Source: Cyanobacteria bacterium P01_F01_bin.150 (GTDB taxonomy: Bacteria; Cyanobacteriota; Cyanobacteriia; CAKZMO01). Taken from it: 64,000 nucleotides of DNA. Of this stretch, positions 47,834 to 57,900 are shown piece after piece; positions within the stretch are counted from its first letter, which is position 1, and each line of letters opens with the position of its first letter. The stretch lies in contig JBCCYL010000001.1 of the NCBI GenBank assembly GCA_039189765.1, forward strand, positions 132,577-196,576. Reading direction: 5' to 3'. A program made the translations under genes and the position numbers. The notes under the pieces are model-generated. The model did not search any database. It worked only from the letters and a program-made list of their open reading frames with translations, and was not told the DNA's origin.

Positions 47834-50800
47834 TTGATAATGACAGACGCTCAAAATTCTGAATCTACAGGTGGTCGCAATCTTTCCGGAGCGCTCTATG
47901 TTGCGGACCAAACATTAGACACCCTATTGCTGGTTCAAGACTTAAATGGTGACGGTGATGCCAACGATCCGTCGGAAGCAACCGTGTATTTTGATGGCAC
48001 AAATGCGTCGGGACTTTTAGAGCCAACGGGCAATATTTTTACAGTCCTACAGGCCGCAGATGGTTCTGTACTCTATGGTGACGGCGATAGTGATACTGTT
48101 TATCGGTTGACCGATACTAACCGTGATGGTGATGCTCTAGATGCGGACGAGGCCACGGTTTGGTTCTCCTCAGACAATGCAGAGGGTCTGCCGTTGCTGA
48201 CCCCCAACGGTTTAGCCACAGGTCCCGATGGCGCAGTTTACATCACAGAAGCCGATACAGTCGCCACGCCCAATGGTGATTTTATCTATCGCACCGAGGA
48301 TTTGAACGGTGATGGCGACGCCAATGATGCAGATGAAGCGAGGGTCTGGTTAGATTTAAAGGCCCTAAATCCTAACTCCTCAGCGTTTGAAATTACCTTT
48401 ATCGGAGATGTTGCCTACATTATCGATAGTGCAGGTGGTGACCCCAACGTACTTTATCGAGCGGAAGATGCAAACGGCGACGGAACCATTGACACAAGCG
48501 AAGCATCGGTGCTGGTGGACGAAACCATTGTTCCCGTTGATTTTGGCCTTGCAAGTGACAGTCAAAGTCTTTATGTGGTGGAGCTTTTAGATTTCTCAGA
48601 GGCGCAATCTGTCTTTAGAATTGACGACAATAACGGCAGTGCCACGGTCACTGAAGTGTGGAACAATACGGCAGTGCCTGATGGCTACCTGTCCTCCGTT
48701 GCCTTCTCCATCGCTGCCAGTGATAACGGCATGCTAGCAATCACCTCCAACGGTGTTGATCCTAACGAGGACAATATTTTTCAACTAACGGACCTTAACG
48801 GCGACGGTGATTACTTTGATGAGGGTGAGACCGTGCCCTTTCTCTCTCGCCTAGATACTGACACTGTTCCCGAACGACCAAGGGTGGTGGAGTATGCGGC
48901 GAATCCCACGCCAATAGTTCCTGGCATTGTTCTTACGGCAACCGATGCTTACTATACATTCAGCGGTAGTATTAGCTCAAATAGCACTCGCCTGCTGGGG
49001 GATAAAGCAACGGCTATTGGGCTGGAGGGATTGGACACTATTTCGTTTCTACAGTTTGATCCAATGGCGCTACCAGAAACGCTGCTAGACCAGGCATTTA
49101 GCGCAACTCTGACCCTAGAGCATGACGCATCTTTGGCTGATTCGCTAATTCCCGCCACCGACGATCGCCCGGTTATTCTCAGCATCTATGATCTGGATGC
49201 ACCCTTTGATGACACCAAGCCCGGTGGTAATCTGGCTGACATTGACTATGGGGAGAATGGGGCAAATGCGATCGCCGTTACATCAGTCGGTGATGATGGC
49301 CTATACAGTTGGGATGTCACGGAACTGATAGCAGAATGGGCCGTTGACACAACTCAAAATGACGGCTTGGCCATTAGCGGGATCTTTGGCAACGAAAACC
49401 TGGATGATCGCAACAGCTACGGCATTTTCCACACCGTTGGCTCTACGGATGGACTCGTGCCGACTTTAACGATCACCCCAAAAGAAGACGATTTGCAAGT
49501 TAGTCTATCCACGTCCACCACGTTTGAAGGTGACCTTAATGCTCTGGTGGAAAATCAAGGAACAGCCATCACCTTTCGCTTTGACTTGAGTGGGCCTGCC
49601 CTGGCAGGTGGCCTGACTTTATTTGTTGATGCAGACGTCGAGCAAATGTTGAATCGGCTGGATTTGCCCACGTTTGCATTTAACCCCATCACTGAAAATA
49701 TTGACTTTAGAAGCGTTATTCCCAATCGTGACAGCTCCGGCTTTGTCCTGACTATTGATGAAGGAGCCACTTTTGGCACTGCAACGCTTAACATCTTTGA
49801 CAATAACGAACCTGAGCCAACCCTTCCCGAGACCTTTGATGGCCGCGTCGATGCAACCTTCTCCCTAGTTACGGAGGACCAAGTCGATCGCGATATCGAA
49901 GGACCGATTCCGACCTTAAGCGACTATACGATCGATCCAGCCGCCGCCACCAGCGTTGTTATTTTTGCAGACGATATTAGCCAACTTGAAGATCCGACCG
50001 ATCCTCAGCCTCCCACACCGGGTGACGGCCTCCAGGTTAGCCTCTTTACCGGGCCAAATTACCTGATTGAAGATGAGGGCACCGTGAGCGCCCATGCCTT
50101 TAACGTCACTGGAGGCGTTATCCCTGAGGGTGGCCTGGTGGTTGCAGTAGACGCCCCCAACCTCAACGAGTTTGATCTAGCAGCGATCTCAGTGGAAGGC
50201 GGTTCCATTGAAGCAGTGCGCGATGGCGGCTTTGATTTGCGGATGACCGAGTACACGACTCTGGTCAACCTCCCCATTGCCAATGATGGTGAAATTGAAA
50301 TTGGTGAAACCGCCAGCTTTAGCTTGGCTGCGGGAGATGGCTACAACATTGTCGCCGACTACAGCGGCGGCAGCTTTGGCTTGGTGGATACGCGATTGGA
50401 CATTCCCATGGGCGTGATCAATGAACCCAATAATGCGATCGCCTTTGCCACCGAGACCCAAATCAGCCCTGAAAACCCCACCTTTTTGGGCACGGATTCA
50501 ATCTATTTTGATATCGGTAACCGCTATCTTAACGACGATGGCACCTACACCTATATCGACTACAGCGAGGACGTAGACGTCTTCAAAGTTGATTTAACCG
50601 CTGGGCAGACTATTACCATTGAGACCTTCGACTTTGACACCAACGTTGACGAATTTGGCGTCGGTTTTGCCATTAACGCCTTTGTCTACGATGCTGAAGG
50701 TAACCAGCTTCAGGACTATATCAATACGGGCTTTGATCCGGCGGCGGCCCCCGACAAGCTGTTTGGTGGCCTTGGTCCCTTTGATGTGAATGAAACCGAC

Positions 50801-53800
50801 AGCTACGACGAATTTACTGCGCCCGCAGACGGCTCCTACTTTATTGCTGTCGGTGATGATGGCCAGGTGCAGAACTTCTGGGATGTGGTGGCCCCGTTCT
50901 ATGATCCCAACGTACCGGGTTCCGGTAACGGTAATCGCTCCATCTTTGGTGATTACAGCATTGAAATTAATTTAATCACCGACGACAATCCCCGCAAAGT
51001 CGGTACCCCCACCCCGCCGGTGAGCAACCCTGGTGTAACGAATCCTCCCACCCTGTCCCTAAGCGCGAATCCCACCACCACCAATGGAGACGGCAACTTT
51101 ATTAATGCGGTGGTGGAACATGTAGACGTGGGTGGTGTGTCCAGCGTTACCTTTACGATTCAGGCTGAGGGAGAAATTCCGGACGGTGGTATTGAGTTTG
51201 TTCTTAATAGCGATGCCAATCTGTTTGATTACGTATCATATTTAGGCCAAAGCGCCCTGCCCAGCACCATTGGTGGTCAGTCCCTAGGCGCTTACTACAA
51301 CGCAGACGGCATTCCCACGGGCATCCGGCTGCTGATTGATGAGCCCTTGATGACCGTCACCTATGAATCGGCCAATAATCAGCCCTGGTTCCCCACTTTC
51401 TACGGCAATATTGTGGATCGGTATGAGCCGTTGGAAACTGATGGTGCAGAGGACGTGACCTTCTTCCTCCAGCCCGGTGAAGGCTATACCATTGATGCTG
51501 ATGCCGGATCAACCGAGGTCACTTACTATGATTCCGTGGCCGATGTGCCCCCTCCCACTACCCCTGGAGGCACGGTGCCTGAAGTGGGGATTACGGTCAG
51601 TGAAACAACTCTGATTGAAACCGAACAGACTGAAACAACCTTGACCTTTAGCCTCTCTGAAGCACCTCCCGCAGAAGGGCTAACCATCTTTGTTGATAGT
51701 GACGACGAGCCTGTGGTGGGGAGTCCCCTCAGCCAGTTTGCCGTGCTAGAGGCAGAGGTCAGCGGAGGAAACTTCCCGATTCCCAATGCTGATTCTTCAG
51801 GCTTCTTTTTCACGGTCACTGAACAAACCGCCTCCATTACCCTCGCTGTTTTTGATGAGCTAACGGTTCCCAATATTGATCCGCTGACGGTTCAAGAAGG
51901 AATCGTTGCCCTTAACTTTGCCCTCCAGCCATTGGCAGGCTACACCATTGATCCAGATGCCAGTGACGTTGGCCTAACGATCGCCGACAATCCCGACTCT
52001 GGCATTCAGGTCAGCTTGACGGGTTCCCCAGACACCCTGATTGAATCAGAGGGGACTGCAGGAGTCCATACCTTTAGCTTGAGTACGCCTCCATCCGCCG
52101 AGGGATTAACGGTGAGCGTCAGTGCATCGGCGTTGGATGAGTTTGATTTGGATGCGATCGCCGTCGAAGGCGGCTCCATTGCAGCCGTGAGCACCGATGG
52201 GTTTGACCTTACGATTACCGAGCAGACCGCCACCATTAGCCTGCCAGTACTCAACGATGGTGTGGATGAAGGGAGTGAAACCGCAAGCTTTGCCCTAGAG
52301 GCCAGCGATGACTATGAGCTTAACGCCGCCTTTAATGAAGCCACCTTTACCCTAGCGGATACCCTAGACCAGGCGACTGTTTCAGTGGAGAGTGAGCTAA
52401 TTGGCGATGAAATTAGCAACAGCACAATTCCCGAGGCAAATGCATTAAGCGTCAGCAGCAGTAATCCCACCGTATCCATCAATGGTCTGATTGGTGAAAG
52501 CTTTAGCGACCTTCCAGAGGACGTTGATTTCTTCTCCTTCGATTTGGACGCTGGGCAAACCATTAGTTTAGATATTGACACTGAGGAAATTCTGCCCAAC
52601 ACGATTAACTTCCGGCAGGTCGTGTATCCAGCATTGGCCAATATCCTGCAGAAGCCTGATACTGAACTGCGGCTATTTGATGCCCAGGGCAATGAACTGG
52701 CATCCAACAATGACGGAGCCGCTGAGGATGAAGACTTCTCCCGCGATCCCTTCCTTGAGTACACGGCCACGTCTGCGGGCACCTATTATGTAGGGGTTAG
52801 CCAGCTTGGTAACCGCAACTACGACCCCTTTGTGTCACGGAGCGGTAGCGGCTGGACCTTCCCTGAGATTGGCGTAAACAATGGGTTTTATGAGCTGACC
52901 GCCACCCTGGAAGATAGCGATTTGGAGCCAGGCCCCTTTGAAAACTTGGTTATTTTTGGCGATAGTCTTTCCGATGCAGGCAACGCCTTCCAGATCTCAG
53001 ACGGTGCAGTTCCTCCATCTCCGCCTTATGTTAACGGACGTTTTTCAAACGGTGATTTAATCGTAGATTTTATTGCCGAGGCCCTGGGGTTACCCGAAAA
53101 TGAAAGCTATCTTTTAGGCGGCAGTAATTATGCCTTTGGTGGTGCCCAGACTGGTGAAGGAACGTCATTTACAGGTACGTTGGAAGGTCTACTTAATCCG
53201 GTAGAGGTTCCCAATATTGCCCAGCAAATTGATCTTTACCTGGCCGATCAGACACCCGCCAACACCGACTTATTCTTTATCTACGGTGGTGGTAATGACT
53301 TTATCGCGCCCTTAGCTGCGGGCCAAGGAATACCCACGCCAGAATCAGTCGTTGGCAATATTACTGCCCACATTACAGAACTGGCAGAAGCGGGGGCAAC
53401 AACCTTTGTGGTGCCAAATCTCCCATCCCCAGGCATTAGTCCTCTATTTGCGGGTCAGCCGCCAGAAGTAAGGGGGCTTCTCAATAATGCAACCGATGCG
53501 TTTAATCAACTGCTGGATGTGGAATTGGATGCGATCGCCTCAGACCTAGATGTGACGATTCTTGAGCCTGACTTCAACGGCATTGTGGATGATATACTCG
53601 CCAATCCCAGTCAGTTTGGTCTGACCAATGTCACTGATTCCGTGATCGACTTTAGTAGCGGCACCCTGATTGGCAATCCTGATGAATTTTTCTTCTGGGA
53701 CTTCGTTCATTCCACAACCGCTGCCAACGATATCATTGCGGATGAAGCGATCGAGCTACTATTGGATAACCCTGATCCGGGTCCACCGGCAGGCTTTACG

Positions 53801-54841
53801 GTCTTTGACTTTGAATGGACTGGCCAAATTGCTGGGTTCAGCGTGGAGGGTACTTTCAGCTATGATGCAACCCAAACCTTCACCGACGATATTGTTCGCG
53901 AAGAGGATCTGCTTGGATTTGATATCTCTTTCTTTGACCCCGATGGTAATCTACTGCGGACCTACGAAAATAACCATCTCACGTTCTCTGAGTTCAACTT
54001 TGCCTTCGATATCAATAATCAGCAAATTCTGACCGATGGTATCTTTACCGAACCCGATGGCTTAAACGTTGGGGAGAAGACCGCTGTGGGCGATGGCTTT
54101 ACGGGGTTAAATCTCTGGAGTAAGTCCAAAGAAACCTCCTCTTCGCTGATTCATGTAGATGACTGGTCCGATGAATTTGGTTTCCCCTTGGGCTACAGCA
54201 GTCACGAAGATATTGCCTTCTTGACCCTGACCACGGCAGAGCTAATTGAAACGGGCAAGGTGGGTGAAACCTATCTGGATGATATCCAAGATACTCTGAC
54301 CGAATTGGGCCAGCCGATTCGGGTGGTTCCCGACGGCGGGTTAGAGGCTGATAGCCTTGATTTTGAATCCAACTTCCAGGGAGAGCTAAGCGCTGGGGAT
54401 GTGATTACCGATCAGTTTGACGATCTCACCATCGAGGTAGCGGGTGATTTAACGGCCATGATTTTTGATAGCGCCAACCCAACCGGAGGCGATTACGACC
54501 TGCGTAGCGATACGCTGGGTAATGTTTTAATCATCTCTGAAGATGGCGACTCAGCAGACCCCGACGATAACGCCAAGGGCGGTACCCTAATGTTTGATTG
54601 GGACGGGACGGTAAGCGTGGAGAGCCTCGGTCTTCTCGACATTGAAGAATCGGGCGGCATGGTTACGCTGTACGGAGCCGATGACAATGCGGTGTTGGCA
54701 ACTATCGATATTCCTGGATTAGGAGACAATAGCCTCCAGTCTCTCGATATCGGTATCGCTGATATCGGCAAGATGGACGTATTTCTGGCTGGCAGTGGAG
54801 CCATTACTGAAATAATCCTAGCGGAGGACAGCATCGCATAA
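47834..54841 (+). CDS. P8: giant acidic protein (~2335 aa) with a DxNxDG-repeat propeller-like domain, DNRLRE-like domain, two PPC-like domains, GDSL/SGNH esterase, FEWTGQ module and the shared C-terminal domain
   Basis: Five D[LTA]N[GR]DG motifs. SFLQFD...YSWDVTELI...PTLTI marks the DNRLRE-like domain. Esterase motifs are LVIFGDSLSDAGN, GRFSNG, NYAFGGA, GGNDF and FFWDFVH. The start is TTG 47834 or ATG 47840. Confidence 0.88.
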   Translation: MIMTDAQNSESTGGRNLSGALYVADQTLDTLLLVQDLNGDGDANDPSEATVYFDGTNASGLLEPTGNIFTVLQAADGSVLYGDGDSDTVYRLTDTNRDGDALDADEATVWFSSDNAEGLPLLTPNGLATGPDGAVYITEADTVATPNGDFIYRTEDLNGDGDANDADEARVWLDLKALNPNSSAFEITFIGDVAYIIDSAGGDPNVLYRAEDANGDGTIDTSEASVLVDETIVPVDFGLASDSQSLYVVELLDFSEAQSVFRIDDNNGSATVTEVWNNTAVPDGYLSSVAFSIAASDNGMLAITSNGVDPNEDNIFQLTDLNGDGDYFDEGETVPFLSRLDTDTVPERPRVVEYAANPTPIVPGIVLTATDAYYTFSGSISSNSTRLLGDKATAIGLEGLDTISFLQFDPMALPETLLDQAFSATLTLEHDASLADSLIPATDDRPVILSIYDLDAPFDDTKPGGNLADIDYGENGANAIAVTSVGDDGLYSWDVTELIAEWAVDTTQNDGLAISGIFGNENLDDRNSYGIFHTVGSTDGLVPTLTITPKEDDLQVSLSTSTTFEGDLNALVENQGTAITFRFDLSGPALAGGLTLFVDADVEQMLNRLDLPTFAFNPITENIDFRSVIPNRDSSGFVLTIDEGATFGTATLNIFDNNEPEPTLPETFDGRVDATFSLVTEDQVDRDIEGPIPTLSDYTIDPAAATSVVIFADDISQLEDPTDPQPPTPGDGLQVSLFTGPNYLIEDEGTVSAHAFNVTGGVIPEGGLVVAVDAPNLNEFDLAAISVEGGSIEAVRDGGFDLRMTEYTTLVNLPIANDGEIEIGETASFSLAAGDGYNIVADYSGGSFGLVDTRLDIPMGVINEPNNAIAFATETQISPENPTFLGTDSIYFDIGNRYLNDDGTYTYIDYSEDVDVFKVDLTAGQTITIETFDFDTNVDEFGVGFAINAFVYDAEGNQLQDYINTGFDPAAAPDKLFGGLGPFDVNETDSYDEFTAPADGSYFIAVGDDGQVQNFWDVVAPFYDPNVPGSGNGNRSIFGDYSIEINLITDDNPRKVGTPTPPVSNPGVTNPPTLSLSANPTTTNGDGNFINAVVEHVDVGGVSSVTFTIQAEGEIPDGGIEFVLNSDANLFDYVSYLGQSALPSTIGGQSLGAYYNADGIPTGIRLLIDEPLMTVTYESANNQPWFPTFYGNIVDRYEPLETDGAEDVTFFLQPGEGYTIDADAGSTEVTYYDSVADVPPPTTPGGTVPEVGITVSETTLIETEQTETTLTFSLSEAPPAEGLTIFVDSDDEPVVGSPLSQFAVLEAEVSGGNFPIPNADSSGFFFTVTEQTASITLAVFDELTVPNIDPLTVQEGIVALNFALQPLAGYTIDPDASDVGLTIADNPDSGIQVSLTGSPDTLIESEGTAGVHTFSLSTPPSAEGLTVSVSASALDEFDLDAIAVEGGSIAAVSTDGFDLTITEQTATISLPVLNDGVDEGSETASFALEASDDYELNAAFNEATFTLADTLDQATVSVESELIGDEISNSTIPEANALSVSSSNPTVSINGLIGESFSDLPEDVDFFSFDLDAGQTISLDIDTEEILPNTINFRQVVYPALANILQKPDTELRLFDAQGNELASNNDGAAEDEDFSRDPFLEYTATSAGTYYVGVSQLGNRNYDPFVSRSGSGWTFPEIGVNNGFYELTATLEDSDLEPGPFENLVIFGDSLSDAGNAFQISDGAVPPSPPYVNGRFSNGDLIVDFIAEALGLPENESYLLGGSNYAFGGAQTGEGTSFTGTLEGLLNPVEVPNIAQQIDLYLADQTPANTDLFFIYGGGNDFIAPLAAGQGIPTPESVVGNITAHITELAEAGATTFVVPNLPSPGISPLFAGQPPEVRGLLNNATDAFNQLLDVELDAIASDLDVTILEPDFNGIVDDILANPSQFGLTNVTDSVIDFSSGTLIGNPDEFFFWDFVHSTTAANDIIADEAIELLLDNPDPGPPAGFTVFDFEWTGQIAGFSVEGTFSYDATQTFTDDIVREEDLLGFDISFFDPDGNLLRTYENNHLTFSEFNFAFDINNQQILTDGIFTEPDGLNVGEKTAVGDGFTGLNLWSKSKETSSSLIHVDDWSDEFGFPLGYSSHEDIAFLTLTTAELIETGKVGETYLDDIQDTLTELGQPIRVVPDGGLEADSLDFESNFQGELSAGDVITDQFDDLTIEVAGDLTAMIFDSANPTGGDYDLRSDTLGNVLIISEDGDSADPDDNAKGGTLMFDWDGTVSVESLGLLDIEESGGMVTLYGADDNAVLATIDIPGLGDNSLQSLDIGIADIGKMDVFLAGSGAITEIILAEDSIA

Positions 54842-54849
54842 AGCCTTTG

Positions 54850-54880
54850 AAAAAAGCGGGAGTTGAATCTCCCGCTTTTT
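54850..54880 (+). terminator. Intrinsic terminator-like hairpin after P8
   Basis: AAAAAAGCGGGAG-TTGAAT-CTCCCGCTTTTT. Confidence 0.75.
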
Positions 54881-54923
54881 GCATATTTAGTTCAATTAAA
54901 TTAGCAGTAGGAGAAATCAAAGA

Positions 54924-57900
54924 ATGGTACAAGTTAGCCTTTTTACGGGTCCCGACTATCTAATTGAAAATGAAAGTACGATTAGCGCCCACGCCTTTCT
55001 TGCCACTGACGGCATCATTCCCGCAGGTGGCCTGGTGGTCTCGGTGGATGCGCCTAGCCTCAGCGAGTTTGACCTTGCAAGCATCTCTGTCGAGGGGGGC
55101 GAAATTGTCGCCGTGCGCGATGGCGGCTTTGACCTACGGATGGACGAATACACCACCCTGGTGAATCTGCCCATTGCCGATGATGGCGAAGTGGAAATTG
55201 GCGAAACAGCTACCTTTAGTCTGGCCACAGGTGAAGGCTACGATACCGTTGCCGATTTTAGTGGCGGTACCTTTGAATTGGTAGATACACGAGCCGATAT
55301 TCCTCAGGGCGTGATTACTGAACCAAATAATATTGCTATTGTCGCTACCGATACGCAGATTACCCCGGAAAACCCCTCCTTTGTGGGCAGAGATTCTATC
55401 TATTTTGATATCGGCAATCGCTACCTTAACGACGACGGCACCTTTACCTATATCGATTACTTCGAGGATGTCGATCTCTACAAGCTGGATTTAAGTGCAG
55501 GTAATACGGTTGCGGTTGAAATCTTTGAGGTTGAAGGCAACTTACCCATTGGTATAGCGGAAGGCTTGGCCGTCTTTAATGCCGATGGCGACAAACTGGT
55601 TGCCACTTCGGTTATAACCCCTGCTGCTCCCGATAAGCTATTTGGTGCGGGCGGTAGTCCCATATCTGCATTTAATGAAGATGGTACGGTCAATCTAGAT
55701 GAAACGGAAAATTATCTAGAATTTACGGCTCCCGAAGATGGGATTTACTACGTGGGGGTCTCTAACCTTGCGTCTTCTGTAGTTGAGTACATTGGCGTAA
55801 ATCGCGAGTACGATATCAATATTCCCGGTTCGGGAGGGTCCAATTTAGGCACTTTTGGCAACTACGATATTGAGATTGATCTGCTGACCCCCGATAATCT
55901 CCGCAAGACAGGAACGCCAACCCCGCCGGTCAGTAACCCCAATGTGACCAATCCCCCCACCTTTTCTTTGGCCGCTACCCCTAACACGGTAGATAGTGAC
56001 GGCAACTTAATCAATGGCGTCGTCGAAACCGTAGATCCAGGCAGCGTTTCGACGGTTAATTTCACGATTCGAGCTGAAGGAGACATTCCAGACGATGGCA
56101 TTGAATTTGTGCTTAACAGTAACGCCAATCTGTTTGACTATGTTTCATTTCTGGGTCAAGAAAGACTGCCCCAAACCATTGGGGGCCAATCTTTAGGTGC
56201 GTTTTATAATGCCGAGGGAATTCCTACCGGAATTCGACTGCGAATCGATGAACCGACGATGACAGTCGCCTTTGAAGCGGCTAATCGGAACGAACGATTT
56301 ATTGACCTGCTTGGCCTCAATGTCACGATCGATGTCTACGAGGCTTTAGAAACCGATGGCCCAGAAGATGTCACCTTCTTTATCCAGTCAGGAGAAGGCT
56401 ATGAGATTGCTGCCGATGGGGGCACCGTAGATGTCACCTACTATGACTCAGTCGCGGATGTGCCCCCGTCAACCGGCAGCGGCAACGCGATTCCTGAAGT
56501 TGGCGTGACCATTAGCGAAACGCAGCTAATTGAGACAGAAGAAACAGAAACCACCCTGACTTTTACCCTGTCTGAACCACCACCAGCCGAAGGCATTATT
56601 GTCGCCATTGACAGCGATGACGATCTGCTGGTTGGTGGCCCTCTGGGTCAGTTCGACGTGCTCAATGCCCAGGTTGCTGGCGGTGATTTCCCCATTGCTA
56701 ATGCCGATGAAACGGGCTTTTTCTTCAATATTACTGAGCAAACGGCTACCATTACCTTGTCGGTCTTTGATGAATTGACCACGGGACTTGGCCCCAACGT
56801 AGTGCAAGAAGGCATTGTTGCCCTTACCTTTGAGCTTGAGTCCCAGCCCAACTACACCATTGATCCCAACGCTAGTGAAATCGTCGTTACCATCGCCGAT
56901 AACCCCGATTCACAAATTTTGGTTAGTCCTGCTGCCTCCGGCGCAATCTTAATTGAATCCGAGGGTAGCGTCGGGACGCTGAGTTTAAATCTGGGTGCCC
57001 CACCCCCAGCCGCAGGCATTACCGTTAGCGTGAGTTCAGACTCCTTTGCTGATTTTAACGTGGATGCCATTACCGCAACGGGCGGTACGATTGTCGCCGT
57101 GGGCGACGATGGATTTGATGTCAACCTCACCGAACAAAATGGGACCGTGAGCTTGCCCGTTCTCGATGATGGTGTCGCTGAAGACAATGAAACGATCACC
57201 TTCACAATTGAACAGGGCGACACCTATGAAACAAATCCAGAAGCCGTTGACGTTAGCTTTAACCTAGCGGATACCATTGTTCAAGCCAGTGCCCCAGCGG
57301 AGATCGAACGGAATAACATTCTTTCGCAGGCCAATGAAATTGGTCTAAGTACAGAAAATCCCACCGTATCCCTTGATGCCGCTCTAGCGGGTTACAGCCC
57401 TTTTCTTTTTGACTCAGTTTTTGGTTATGCCGCAGATGTGGATTTTTATTCGGTCAGTTTAGACGCGGGCCAAACCGTCGCGATCGATATTGACGGCGAT
57501 ATCGGATTTGATCCGACTGCCTTTTCGCCGTTTCCTATAGTGTTGCCTGCGCTGGAAGAAGTCTTGCAGACAAGCGACACCGAATTGCGTCTATTCGATG
57601 CCCAGGGCAATGAACTGGCTGCCAATAGTGACGGTGCCGCCCCCGGTGAAGAGTTCTCCCGTGACCCCTATCTGGAGTTTACGGCTGAAACCGCAGGAAC
57701 TTACTATATCGGCGTTAGTCAACTGGGCAACCGTAACTATGATCCATTCGTTGAGGGCAGCGGTAGTGGCTGGACCTTCCCCGAGGTGGGTGTGCATATC
57801 AGCGACTACGAACTCATTGTCACTTTGGAATTAGATCTGGAGCTAAAGGACATCGACTTTGAGTCTAGTAGCCAAGGAGATCTGAGCCTAGGGGATGTGA

